A program made the position numbers and the translations under genes. This document shows positions 5,038 through 14,464 of a DNA stretch of 16,120 nucleotides, piece after piece; position 1 is the stretch's first letter, and every line of letters begins with the position of its first letter. Under the pieces are notes generated by a model. The model searched no databases, was not told the DNA's origin, and saw only the letters and a list, made by a program, of their open reading frames with translations. This DNA is from Promethearchaeati archaeon (lineage in GTDB: Archaea > Asgardarchaeota > Heimdallarchaeia > JABLTI01): the NCBI GenBank assembly GCA_013166835.1, contig JABLTI010000071.1, forward strand, positions 1 to 16,120. The letters are read 5' to 3'.

Positions 5038-7854
5038 TTAGATTTGTTTGATGGCTTTTATAGTGTCCTTTCTAAAGATCATCCATGATGTTAATGCTGC
5101 AGAACTGATTGCTGTGAAGAGCAATAATCCAAAAGCAAAGAAAATCTGTAAAGGCGGGACTGATAGATTTACAGGTGGAATTATATTATCGATCGTTAAA
5201 ATTTCCATAAACATCCTTGCAGAGAAGATACCAATAAATAATCCCATTAGTGAACCAAATAATATAATGGTAGCGGCTTCTGTAGTAAATAATGAGAATA
5301 ATTGTCTAGGTGACATTCCCATTGTTTTTAGCATTGCAATTTCCATTTCATTTTCTAGAACCTGTATCAGAATCATTAATGAAATAGCAGCTACTGTGAC
5401 AATCATTGAGGAAATAAAAGAAGTATTTAGTGATCCATACAGCATTATGTTTCTTAAGCTACCTTCAAAGGATCCCATGAGATCTTCCGCGTTATCAACT
5501 GTTCTCCCTAATTCTGTTTCGATTGATTCAGCTACCTCTGTTATACTATAACCTTCTTTCACTTTTACTAACATATCTCCTCCTATATTGAAAGAACTAT
5601 ATGTCAATGCTGTCGTTAAATTATAGTTTCCTATTATTGTGAATCTGAAAACTGGATCTCCAGCGATTGGATATTCATTAAAGAATCTTGGGAAGAAATT
5701 GTATGTATCAACAACATCTATTGTATAGTTGATTCTTCCAAGTATATATTTTTCAACGTCTAAGGTAATTTGACTTCCAGTGTAACTTGCTATCTTATCC
5801 AGCTGTTGTTTTTGTATCAATACATCATTCTCATCTTGTAATTTTGAAAAAATACTTGAGGGTGTTGTTGTATCAAAATAATCTTTTTGGAAATATGTTA
5901 TCGTAGCAAATTCTTCAGGATCTATACCTACAACCAAGTAGGAATACGTTAATTCTCCGTAAGTTATTATTTGACTTGTGATCTTGAGATAACTCCCAGC
6001 AGCAACTCCTTCGATTGCTAAAACCTGGTTCTTGATATCGTCATTTGAAACTTTCACGTTTCTAATTAAAATATCTGCACCTAATTGATAATATGCTTGT
6101 TCTTCATCATAATTTTGATACGATTGTGTTGTGGTCATTGAAGAGATAATTAGTGTAAAGGTTAATGAAATAAGCACAAGTGAGCGAATCACAGAACTTT
6201 TCCTTCTAAGACTCCTTTTTGCCGATAACCCAAGAATTCCTAGTTTAGGACGTTTCCAGCCTATTTTAGCAATAAAGTTAACGAAGAATGGATAAATCCT
6301 TGTTATTAACAAAATACTGCCAAGTATTAAACAAATAGGAGCTGTTGTGCCTAAGCCATATGCAAAGCTATATGCAGAGGTTCCTTTAATTTGCAACCTC
6401 ACAATGAGCCAAAGAACAATTCCCACAACTATAAGGGCAACATCTATGAATGTTTTTTCCCAGAAAGGTTTCTTCTGTACTGTAGTCCCATATGCTTCTA
6501 CAGTTGATATATTACTCATATCCCAGATATTTTTCGCATTAATCAAAAGGGACAGTATAAATGCAGCTGCTACGATCACATATAAAATAATCATATTTAT
6601 AGTTGGGAAAACACTTGTTCCCCCGAAACTCAGAAATCCATTGCTTTTTATCATTAGCCAAGCAAAAGGATAACCAATAATTACACAAATAAGTAATGCT
6701 AAAACAGTAAATTCTACTGCTTGAAATATTAAAAGATTAAGAACTTCTCTTCTTGATGACCCTCTCTGCAACATACTAGAGATTTGTCTTTTTTGTCTTT
6801 TCTTCATGAGATTTGAAGAGTAACTAGTTAATGAGAGAGCCATTCCAATGATTGGTGTTGTGAATAATAATGCGAATAATTGAAAGATCAAGAATTCTTC
6901 ATTGAAATCCAGAAGTTGATCTACTATCAAGTGTTCAACTGTGATTACAAATCCTTCTTTTTCAAATTCCCTTTGCATTGTTTGACTTAATACATTTATT
7001 TTAGATATTTCCCCCGCTACATTGAAAGCATCGATTTTTGTTAAATCAAAAGCAAATCTGCAAGTAAATCCTGCGTAACCTGAAAGATACTCAACACTTG
7101 TCACATACTCCATAACAGCGGTATGAGTTGTGAGTATAAATTGATCAGAAAAGTAATCATCAAGAGCTTCAAAATCGTCGGTGAGAGCTCCTTTGAAATT
7201 AGAGAAATCTTCGGAAGTAATTATTCCAGTTACATTTACATGCTCTCCAGCATCAGGGATACCCATTCTAACTGATAAATAGATATCACCACTAAGATCT
7301 AAGACTGGAACATAGAGAGAAAACCTCCCTAGATTTGTCAAATTAGTACTTTCAATGGTAGTTCTTTTTGTAACTACAATAACTTCGTCCTTCCTATGTG
7401 GAAGTGTTCCATTATACAAAATTGTTTCCAACGCTGAAAAATAATCAGCTGGTAATCCATATAAATTGAATTCCGGAATTAGTTGCTCTTCTCCAGCTGG
7501 ATCACTAGAATCTACATAGAGCATGGTTCCTCTTTCAGAAAACCAATCCGTCCGCAGAATTCTATCTTGAATACCCAATTCATCAATAACACCTTGGGTT
7601 ATATTATTAATCTTCGACAAGATAGTATCCTCCTCTCCATGTACGTTGAAGGAGCTTAAAGAGAGTGTAAATTGCTTGGTGGGTGTTTGCTTATTAAACT
7701 CAGTAAAAGCATCATATTGAAAACTATATGTGAAAATTAATCCTTCTGAAATCATTGCGAGACTTATACCTAATCCTAAGAACATTATTAGAGTATTTCG
7801 TCTGTTCAATAATAGCATTTTATAATAGAACTTCAACCGTTCAAGCATTTGCAT
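5038..7854 (-). CDS. FtsX/MacB-like ABC transporter permease with duplicated architecture (paralog 2)
   Basis: TM1, large extracytoplasmic domain, TM block with RQKRQISSMLQRGSSRREV, then GADI, a second extracytoplasmic domain and ENEMEIAMLKTMGMSPRQL (FtsX E.A.LK..G.S motif). ATG at 7854 is preferred because GGTGA (7867-7863) lies 8 nt upstream and it aligns with the paralog's start; the track gives GTG 7866. Confidence 0.9.
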   Translation of the reverse strand: MQMLERLKFYYKMLLLNRRNTLIMFLGLGISLAMISEGLIFTYSFQYDAFTEFNKQTPTKQFTLSLSSFNVHGEEDTILSKINNITQGVIDELGIQDRILRTDWFSERGTMLYVDSSDPAGEEQLIPEFNLYGLPADYFSALETILYNGTLPHRKDEVIVVTKRTTIESTNLTNLGRFSLYVPVLDLSGDIYLSVRMGIPDAGEHVNVTGIITSEDFSNFKGALTDDFEALDDYFSDQFILTTHTAVMEYVTSVEYLSGYAGFTCRFAFDLTKIDAFNVAGEISKINVLSQTMQREFEKEGFVITVEHLIVDQLLDFNEEFLIFQLFALLFTTPIIGMALSLTSYSSNLMKKRQKRQISSMLQRGSSRREVLNLLIFQAVEFTVLALLICVIIGYPFAWLMIKSNGFLSFGGTSVFPTINMIILYVIVAAAFILSLLINAKNIWDMSNISTVEAYGTTVQKKPFWEKTFIDVALIVVGIVLWLIVRLQIKGTSAYSFAYGLGTTAPICLILGSILLITRIYPFFVNFIAKIGWKRPKLGILGLSAKRSLRRKSSVIRSLVLISLTFTLIISSMTTTQSYQNYDEEQAYYQLGADILIRNVKVSNDDIKNQVLAIEGVAAGSYLKITSQIITYGELTYSYLVVGIDPEEFATITYFQKDYFDTTTPSSIFSKLQDENDVLIQKQQLDKIASYTGSQITLDVEKYILGRINYTIDVVDTYNFFPRFFNEYPIAGDPVFRFTIIGNYNLTTALTYSSFNIGGDMLVKVKEGYSITEVAESIETELGRTVDNAEDLMGSFEGSLRNIMLYGSLNTSFISSMIVTVAAISLMILIQVLENEMEIAMLKTMGMSPRQLFSLFTTEAATIILFGSLMGLFIGIFSARMFMEILTIDNIIPPVNLSVPPLQIFFAFGLLLFTAISSAALTSWMIFRKDTIKAIKQI

Positions 7855-7925
7855 TCGAATGTTCACCGATAAAGCAGTTTTAATTACTTGGCATTTATTG
7901 CTTTTACTATTAGTTATCTTTTTCT

Positions 7926-7954
7926 AAATCAAGAATTAAATGGAAATCAAGAAT
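7926..7954. repeat. 11-bp direct repeat AAATCAAGAAT x2 (18-bp period) between the two permease genes
   Basis: Copies at 7926-7936 and 7944-7954. Confidence 0.5.
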
Positions 7955-8032
7955 ATGAATCTTACTGTAACTTCAAAGGGAAATTAATCTCAATAAAATG
8001 AGATATGTACTTGCTTATATTATTAAGAGCGA

Positions 8033-10840
8033 CTAGATTTGTTTGATAGCTTTTATTGTGTCCTTTCTAAATATAGCATATGAAGTTAAAGCAGCAGCAA
8101 TTATGGCTGTAATGAAGAGTATAGATATCGCTAGACCTAATTCCAATGGCGGGTATTTCATTTCAGTAGGTGGAATTATTGTTTCAAACGTTAATATTTC
8201 TGAAAACATACTAGCAGCTAAAATTCCAACCAGAGCACCTAAAACAGCACCAAAAATAACAATAGATAATGCTTCTGTTAAAAACATATTAAATAATTGT
8301 TTTGGAGATTGCCCGAGAACTTTTAGCATTATGATTTCTCTCTCATTTTCCGTAATCTGTAATAAAATCATTAGTATAATAGCTGAAATCGTGATAACTA
8401 ATGAAGAAATAAATGAAGCATTCAATGAACCAAATAACATAGTGTTTCTTAAACTCCCTTCTGCAGTTCCCATTAAATCAACAGCATTCTCAACTGATCT
8501 GCCTAAATCATCTTCAATGGCTTCAGCTACTTCTACTATGTCATATCCTTCCTCTACCTTTACAATTAAGTCTCCACCAATACTATATTCTGCATAAGAA
8601 AAGATCTCCAAGTTTCTATAATTTCCAATGATATTGAATCTAAAAACTGGATCATTATCATCAGGAAACTCTGTAAAAAATCTTGGGAAATATTTGTACT
8701 CATTGACTACATCTAGTGTTCGATTAGTATTTCCAACAGCATATTTTTCATACCAAATAGTTACTTGATCCCCAGTGTATGATGCTATACTTCTAAGTTG
8801 ATCTTTTTGCATTACGACATCATTATCATCTTTGATTGCAGCGAAGAAACTCTGAGGGTCGCTACCTCCGAGGTATTCTTTCTCAAAGAAAGCCGTAGCT
8901 GCAAATTCTTCTGGATCAATCCCTACAATAATGTAGGAATATGTTAATTGGCCAAAAGTAATTATTTGACTTGACATTCTCATATAGGCAGCTGATTGAA
9001 CACCTTCTATTGCTAAGACTTGATTTTTCGTATCATTAGAATTTATACTTACACTACGTACTAGTATATCCGCACCAATCGCATACCGTGCTGATTCTTT
9101 GTCATGATTTTGATAAGATTGAATCGTCACAATGGATGCGAAAATTAAGGTAAATGTCAAAGTAATTAGTATTAATGATCTTGTAGTATCTTCTCTTCTT
9201 CTTGAACTACGTTTTGTGGCTAAGCCAATTACCCCAAATCGATTAGATTTCCAAGTCTTCTTCGAAATCCAATTAACTAGTCGCGGATAAACCCGTGTCG
9301 CTAGTAATATACTACCAAGTATTAATAGAACTGGTGCCGTTGTACCAAAACCATATGCAAAGGAGTAAGCAGACGTTCCTCTTAGCTGTGTACGGACTAT
9401 AATCCAAAGCAAAATTCCTAATATTATTAATACAACATCAAGGTAGAGTTTTTCCCACATTGGTTTCTTAACTTGATGTTCAACATATGCTTCCTGGGTT
9501 GTTATTTGACTCATATCATAGACGTTTTTAGCATTTACAATGATTGATAAAACTAATCCTACTCCAATAATAATATACAGAATTATCATGTTTAAACTTG
9601 GATAAACACTTGTTCCTGCAAAATTCAGAAATCCCATACTTTTATTCATCAACCAAGTAAAACCATAACCCATGATAAAAGAAATTAGTAGCGCAGTTAA
9701 CGTAAGCTCTATCACCTGCATTACTAATATGAAAACAACTTCTTTTTGTGATGATCCTCTTTGTAACATACTGGATACTTGTCTTTTCTGTCTTCTTTTC
9801 ATCAAGTTTGCAGAATAACTAGTTAAGGACAAAGCCATGCCAACAATTGGGGTAATAAATAAAAGACCAAATAATTGGAAGATAATAAATTCACGATAGA
9901 AGTTTTCTAAATCATGAACTAAATCAGCATAAATGTGTAAAGTTATCCCTTCACTTTCAAATTCTCGAGTTAATTCTTGACTAAATGCTTGTAATTTAGC
10001 AATTTCTTTGGCCAAATTGAAGGAATCGATTTTGTCTAGATTGAAAGCTATTCTGCCAATTGGTTGAGCATAACCAGGAAAATAATCGAGTAAAGATATA
10101 AAATTCGCAACATTTGTGTAGCTAGTTATAAGAAATTCTTCACTAAAGTACTCTGTCATAGAATCAAAATCATCTTCAAGTATTCCTTTAGCATTACTAA
10201 AAACATCTTTAGTTATTAGGCCAGAGATATTGAATTCTCTTCCACCTGCAGGAACACCCAATTCAATTACTGAATCATAACTCATTGGAAAAATGGGAGT
10301 CCAACCAATAAAAGATCCCATACTACTCAGATTAGTTGCTTCAATAGTAGATCTTTCAAAGACACCTATGACTTGACCAACTTGGTGTGGTATGGATCCG
10401 TTATAGATCATATCACTTAATGCACTAAAATAATCTGAAGGTACACCGTACATATGAATTTCCGGTAGAATCATTCGATTTCCAGCCGTTGTGTTCACAG
10501 CCAGAAAGAAACCACGATCCAAATAATAATCTACTTTTAAAATTCTATCAGAGAGCTCTGCATTTTCAATAGCTCTTTCAGATATTTCTTGTAATTTTGG
10601 AATTGACCCCTCTACTTCTCCACGTATATCATAAGATGAAATACTCACTGTGAACTGCTGGGAAGGTACACCATTATAAAAGCCCTCAAAAGCTCCAAAT
10701 TGAAAACTGTACATAAACATTAAGCTTTCGGCTATTAATGCTAGACTTATGCCTAGACCTAGAAACATGGCAATAGTGGATCGTCTATTTAGAAAAATCA
10801 TTTTGTAGTATAGTTTTATTTTCTCCATGAATCCAACCAT
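8033..10840 (-). CDS. FtsX/MacB-like ABC transporter permease with duplicated architecture (paralog 1)
   Basis: Same architecture as 5038-7854: RRQKRQVSSMLQRGSSQKEV, IGADILVR and ENEREIIMLKVLGQSPKQL. Alignable end to end with its neighbour. Confidence 0.9.
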   Translation of the reverse strand: MVGFMEKIKLYYKMIFLNRRSTIAMFLGLGISLALIAESLMFMYSFQFGAFEGFYNGVPSQQFTVSISSYDIRGEVEGSIPKLQEISERAIENAELSDRILKVDYYLDRGFFLAVNTTAGNRMILPEIHMYGVPSDYFSALSDMIYNGSIPHQVGQVIGVFERSTIEATNLSSMGSFIGWTPIFPMSYDSVIELGVPAGGREFNISGLITKDVFSNAKGILEDDFDSMTEYFSEEFLITSYTNVANFISLLDYFPGYAQPIGRIAFNLDKIDSFNLAKEIAKLQAFSQELTREFESEGITLHIYADLVHDLENFYREFIIFQLFGLLFITPIVGMALSLTSYSANLMKRRQKRQVSSMLQRGSSQKEVVFILVMQVIELTLTALLISFIMGYGFTWLMNKSMGFLNFAGTSVYPSLNMIILYIIIGVGLVLSIIVNAKNVYDMSQITTQEAYVEHQVKKPMWEKLYLDVVLIILGILLWIIVRTQLRGTSAYSFAYGFGTTAPVLLILGSILLATRVYPRLVNWISKKTWKSNRFGVIGLATKRSSRRREDTTRSLILITLTFTLIFASIVTIQSYQNHDKESARYAIGADILVRSVSINSNDTKNQVLAIEGVQSAAYMRMSSQIITFGQLTYSYIIVGIDPEEFAATAFFEKEYLGGSDPQSFFAAIKDDNDVVMQKDQLRSIASYTGDQVTIWYEKYAVGNTNRTLDVVNEYKYFPRFFTEFPDDNDPVFRFNIIGNYRNLEIFSYAEYSIGGDLIVKVEEGYDIVEVAEAIEDDLGRSVENAVDLMGTAEGSLRNTMLFGSLNASFISSLVITISAIILMILLQITENEREIIMLKVLGQSPKQLFNMFLTEALSIVIFGAVLGALVGILAASMFSEILTFETIIPPTEMKYPPLELGLAISILFITAIIAAALTSYAIFRKDTIKAIKQI

Positions 10841-10935
10841 GTAACCAACTACCAGTTTTTATACAATTACTTTCAAAGATAACACTTTCTGAAACTAATT
10901 AAGGATTATCATAAGTTAAGTTATTGAGCATTCTC

Positions 10936-10973
10936 TGGTCAGATTTATCAATAATTCTTTTTATAACTGACCA
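10936..10973. promoter_or_regulatory. Inverted repeat TGGTCAG-N24-CTGACCA enclosing an AT-rich/TATA-like core in the divergent permease/tldD promoter region
   Basis: Arms at 10936-10942 and 10967-10973. TTTTTATAA (10958-10966) abuts the right arm. Confidence 0.4.
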
Positions 10974-11049
10974 CTTGTAAAAGAACATGAATATTAATTA
11001 AGAGAAATAGTAATTGAACTTTGAAATTACTTGGAAATGATGTGAAAAA

Positions 11050-12429
11050 ATGAAAGACGTTATTCTAAAAGGCATTGAATACGGAAAGAAACTCAATGCT
11101 GACTTTATAGATGTTCGTTACCAAAACAAGTATGTAGCGAATTACCAATCCCAAGATGGAGAGCTTACAGTTAATACTGGTTCTCGAAGAGGGTTGTGTA
11201 CTCGTGTTTTATACAACGGTGCTTTAGGTTTTGCTTCAACAACTTCTATTGAACTGAAAGATTTGAAGACAATTATTGAACAAGCAACGAAATTAGCTAA
11301 GGGTGCCGCTGAATCTAAAAAAGAAAAAATTACCTTTGCAGAAGTGAAATCACATACTGATAAAGCAATATCTCCAAGGATTAAATCGTTGGAAGATATT
11401 TCTGTGGAACAAAAAATCAATATGATTAAGGAAGCAGAAAAGGTATACAAAGACTATGAAAACATCAAAAGTTATACACTTGGTTATGATGAAATTATTG
11501 ATCATAGAATTGTTGGTAATAATGAAGGAACATTAATTGAGCAAGCAACAATGATTCCTACAGTAAGAGCGGCAGCTATTGCTTCAAGGGAAACAAAGAT
11601 TGCCCCTTACCAAGAAGCTTGGAGTAAGGCTAAGGGATTTGAGTTACTTGATGAACACCCACTTTCTGAACTAGCAAAATTTGCTTCTGAAATGGCTTTG
11701 AAGAATTTAGAAGCTAGTTTACCACCTGGTGGATCAACTAATGTTGTAATTGATCATACAAGTGTTGGAATCATTGCACACGAAGCAGTAGGTCATTGTT
11801 CCGAAGCTGATCTTGTTGAAGCTGGAAGTTTTCTGAAGGGTAAAATCGGTCAAAAGGTTTGCTCTGAACTCGTAACAATGATTGATGAACCTGTTTTAGA
11901 CGATGGCAGCGGTTGGCTAATGTATGATGACGAAGGTACTAAGGGTAGAAAAGTCGAGATCATAAAAGAAGGAGTCCTAAATGAATTCTTGAACAATCGT
12001 ATGTATGCCGCGAAAATGGACATGAAACCTACTGGCAATGCTCGTGCTTTCAATTTCAATGATGAACCTTTAGTTCGAATGAGGAATACCTACATTGCTC
12101 CAGGAGACATGACTGAAGAAGAATTAATCGAAGTTGTAAAAGATGGATTGTTCGTTACAGGAATGATGAATGGTTCTGCAGATACTTCAGGCGAATTTAT
12201 GGTAGGAACTGGTCAAGCCATTGAAATTAAAAATGGAAAATTAACAGAAAAAGTTTTTGTAGGTCCCACAATGACAGGGAACGCTTTTGAAGTTCTTTCA
12301 TCAACAATGGGTATTGGTAAGGAACTTAAACTTAACATTGGCACAGGATTCTGTGGTAAAGAACAAGCAGCAAAGGTTGATGCAGGTGGAGGACTACTTG
12401 CATGTAAAGTAATTCTAGGAGGAAACTAA
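11050..12429 (+). CDS. tldD: TldD metalloprotease, catalytic subunit of the TldD/PmbA family
   Basis: HEAVGHCSEAD (HExxGH metal motif), YDDEGT, TGNARA..F..EP.VRMRNTYI and the C-terminal CGKEQ cysteine ligand motif. Confidence 0.95.
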   Translation: MKDVILKGIEYGKKLNADFIDVRYQNKYVANYQSQDGELTVNTGSRRGLCTRVLYNGALGFASTTSIELKDLKTIIEQATKLAKGAAESKKEKITFAEVKSHTDKAISPRIKSLEDISVEQKINMIKEAEKVYKDYENIKSYTLGYDEIIDHRIVGNNEGTLIEQATMIPTVRAAAIASRETKIAPYQEAWSKAKGFELLDEHPLSELAKFASEMALKNLEASLPPGGSTNVVIDHTSVGIIAHEAVGHCSEADLVEAGSFLKGKIGQKVCSELVTMIDEPVLDDGSGWLMYDDEGTKGRKVEIIKEGVLNEFLNNRMYAAKMDMKPTGNARAFNFNDEPLVRMRNTYIAPGDMTEEELIEVVKDGLFVTGMMNGSADTSGEFMVGTGQAIEIKNGKLTEKVFVGPTMTGNAFEVLSSTMGIGKELKLNIGTGFCGKEQAAKVDAGGGLLACKVILGGN

Positions 12430-13794
12430 ATGTTCGATGATGCTTTGAATATTGGAGATAAAATACTAAAAAATTGTTCAAAGAAAGGCATGGATTCCGT
12501 AGAAATATACTTTGCCTATAGCAATCAAAAACAAGTTTTATTGAACGGAATTAGTATTGGTACACAAAGAGCCAAAGAAGAGCTTGGTGTAGGGATTAGA
12601 ATAATCCATGAAGGCTCTGAGGGTTTCTCATATACAAATATAATCACACCGGATGCATTGCAAAAAGCAGCTGATGAAGCATTTGTAGTCGCCAAGCTTT
12701 CTCCGAAAATTGAAGGACTTGGTTTTGCAGAGAAACAGAATATTAAATCACTTGAAGGAATTTACAATGAGAAATTGGCAAATCTTGATGTAGATGCTAT
12801 CATAACAGATGGTTTAGATTTCATAAAGGGATTCACAAGTGTAGATTCTCGAATAAAAACTACCTTAAGTAGCATCACCTTGAGTACCTCAGGTGTAGCA
12901 ATTCAAAATTCAAATGGTGTGAATGTTAACAGAAAAAATGTAAATTACCAAGCAGATTTAATAGCAATCGCAAGTGATAAGGAAAAAGCTGGTGCTTTTA
13001 CATTTGAAACTATTTTCTCAAGAAAACATGATGCTAATTTCACAGAAGTTGGTGAAAGACTTGGTCAAAGAGCAATTGATGGTTTAAATCAAGAACTCTT
13101 GAAAGAATTCGAAGGGCCAGTTATTTTTAGATCAGATGCAATGATGAATCCAGTAGGACTTGTTCTAGCTTTAACTGTTTCCGCTGATTGGCGTCAAAGA
13201 GGAACTTCATTTTGGAAGGATCGTTTAGCAGATAAAGTTGCAGATGAAAGACTACAATTAGTCGATAAACCATTTGATATCTCTGGTGGTGGAGGAGTCA
13301 AATCATTTGATGCTGAAGGCAACCCAACCAAAGATATTGAAATTATAAAAGATGGTGTTTTACAAACTTTCTTACACAATCAACAAACTGCAAATAAAGA
13401 AAAATTAGAACCAACAGGTAATGCCACTCGAACTTTGGGTGGTGGCACCTCATTTACTCAAAAACCAGCATTAATGTTACCTAATTCACCATGGATCCTC
13501 GCTGGTGACATGACTGAAGATGAGATGATAGCTGATACCAAGAAAGGACTTATTGTACACAATTATACAGGAACTGTTCGTTATCAGAATGGACTTTTCT
13601 CTGGTGTAGCAAAAGGTGCTTATCTTATTGAGGATGGAGAAATAACTGTTCCTGTAACTGGAATATCAATTTCTGGCAATGTCTTTGATTTAGTCAATAA
13701 TATCAGTGGAATTGGCAAGGAATATCATTTAGCAAATGGTTATCTAACTACTCCAATGATGAAATTTAATGGGATTAAAGTTTCAACCAAATAG
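12430..13794 (+). CDS. pmbA: PmbA/TldE protein, non-catalytic partner of TldD
   Basis: GVGIRII..G..GFSY, GTSFWKDRL, SFDAEGNPT..IEIIKDGVL, TGNA and G.FSG..KGAYLIE.GEI..PV...ISGN motifs; lacks HExxH. Abuts tldD with no gap (TAA-ATG). Confidence 0.93.
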   Translation: MFDDALNIGDKILKNCSKKGMDSVEIYFAYSNQKQVLLNGISIGTQRAKEELGVGIRIIHEGSEGFSYTNIITPDALQKAADEAFVVAKLSPKIEGLGFAEKQNIKSLEGIYNEKLANLDVDAIITDGLDFIKGFTSVDSRIKTTLSSITLSTSGVAIQNSNGVNVNRKNVNYQADLIAIASDKEKAGAFTFETIFSRKHDANFTEVGERLGQRAIDGLNQELLKEFEGPVIFRSDAMMNPVGLVLALTVSADWRQRGTSFWKDRLADKVADERLQLVDKPFDISGGGGVKSFDAEGNPTKDIEIIKDGVLQTFLHNQQTANKEKLEPTGNATRTLGGGTSFTQKPALMLPNSPWILAGDMTEDEMIADTKKGLIVHNYTGTVRYQNGLFSGVAKGAYLIEDGEITVPVTGISISGNVFDLVNNISGIGKEYHLANGYLTTPMMKFNGIKVSTK

Positions 13795-13820
13795 ATTCTT
13801 TTCCCATTCTTCTTTCTTTT
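13795..13820 (+). terminator. Pyrimidine-rich archaeal-type terminator tract after pmbA
   Basis: ATTCTTTTCCCATTCTTCTTTCTTTT fills the gap between convergent stop codons. Confidence 0.45.
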
Positions 13821-14330
13821 TTATTCTTCCCATGTATATGTGTGATTGCAGTATACATTGCCCTGCATGAGAGTTTTTGTTCTAGTTAATTTTACTTTTG
13901 GATGATATATTCCTGCCATTGCATAATCCGGTTTACAATAGAATCGATATCCTTGCTCTGTTTCATCTAAATCTTTGAAAACTTTAGCCCAAAGACATTC
14001 TGTAATCTTAAATTCAAGTTTCTTTTCTGAATCTTCAATTATTGTAAATGTTGCTGTATTCTTCATCATATTAGAATTCATTTGTTTTTTGAAGAATGCT
14101 TTAAAATCAGCAAAATTATTAATATCTTCTGAGTGTATTACCATCTGCTTCGCAGACTCAATTGATTTTTTTTCAGACAATTTCTCAACAATTTCAAATG
14201 CTTTTTCCTTACCAACAATAGGTACAAATGCATTTGTAATATCAACTTGTGTTTCAAATCTCATTCTAAATGCCTGTTCAAAAGTTATGTCCATTTTCTT
14301 CTTGAATTTCTCTGGTGCTTTATCGCTCAT
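13821..14330 (-). CDS. L-2-amino-thiazoline-4-carboxylic acid hydrolase-family (ATC hydrolase-like) protein
   Basis: FKITECLWAKVF, GYRFYCKPDY and LTRTKTLMQGNVYCNHTY give the three-cysteine pattern typical of the family. Actual activity is unknown. Confidence 0.85.
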   Translation of the reverse strand: MSDKAPEKFKKKMDITFEQAFRMRFETQVDITNAFVPIVGKEKAFEIVEKLSEKKSIESAKQMVIHSEDINNFADFKAFFKKQMNSNMMKNTATFTIIEDSEKKLEFKITECLWAKVFKDLDETEQGYRFYCKPDYAMAGIYHPKVKLTRTKTLMQGNVYCNHTYTWEE

Positions 14331-14464
14331 TTTTCATCAAGAAGAGAAAAGTTGTTTTAGGGTATTTAAAGTTTCGAAATTTTCCAGCAAATCTCGCGAC
14401 GAAAAACTAAATAAATGAAGTGAATCTAATTTTATATCCTCATTCATTTTTAGAGGATAGTCAA

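Noticed and set aside
5048-8597. Two mutually similar plus-strand ORFs (5048-5551 and 8043-8597), plus 6347-6673
   Set aside because: They are antisense to the permease TM regions. Their similarity simply mirrors the paralogy of the sense genes.
4381-14330. RiPP (azole/azoline peptide) cluster suggested by TldD/E + ABC permeases + flavoprotein + thiazoline hydrolase-like gene
   Set aside because: No YcaO or E1-like cyclodehydratase and no Cys/Ser/Gly-rich precursor ORF was seen. The nitroreductase is a generic type, and the genes lie in different orientations.
11142-14418. ORFs 11142-11450, 11850-12059, 13194-13379 and 13975-14418
   Set aside because: Antisense to the well-supported tldD, pmbA and ATC-hydrolase-like genes.
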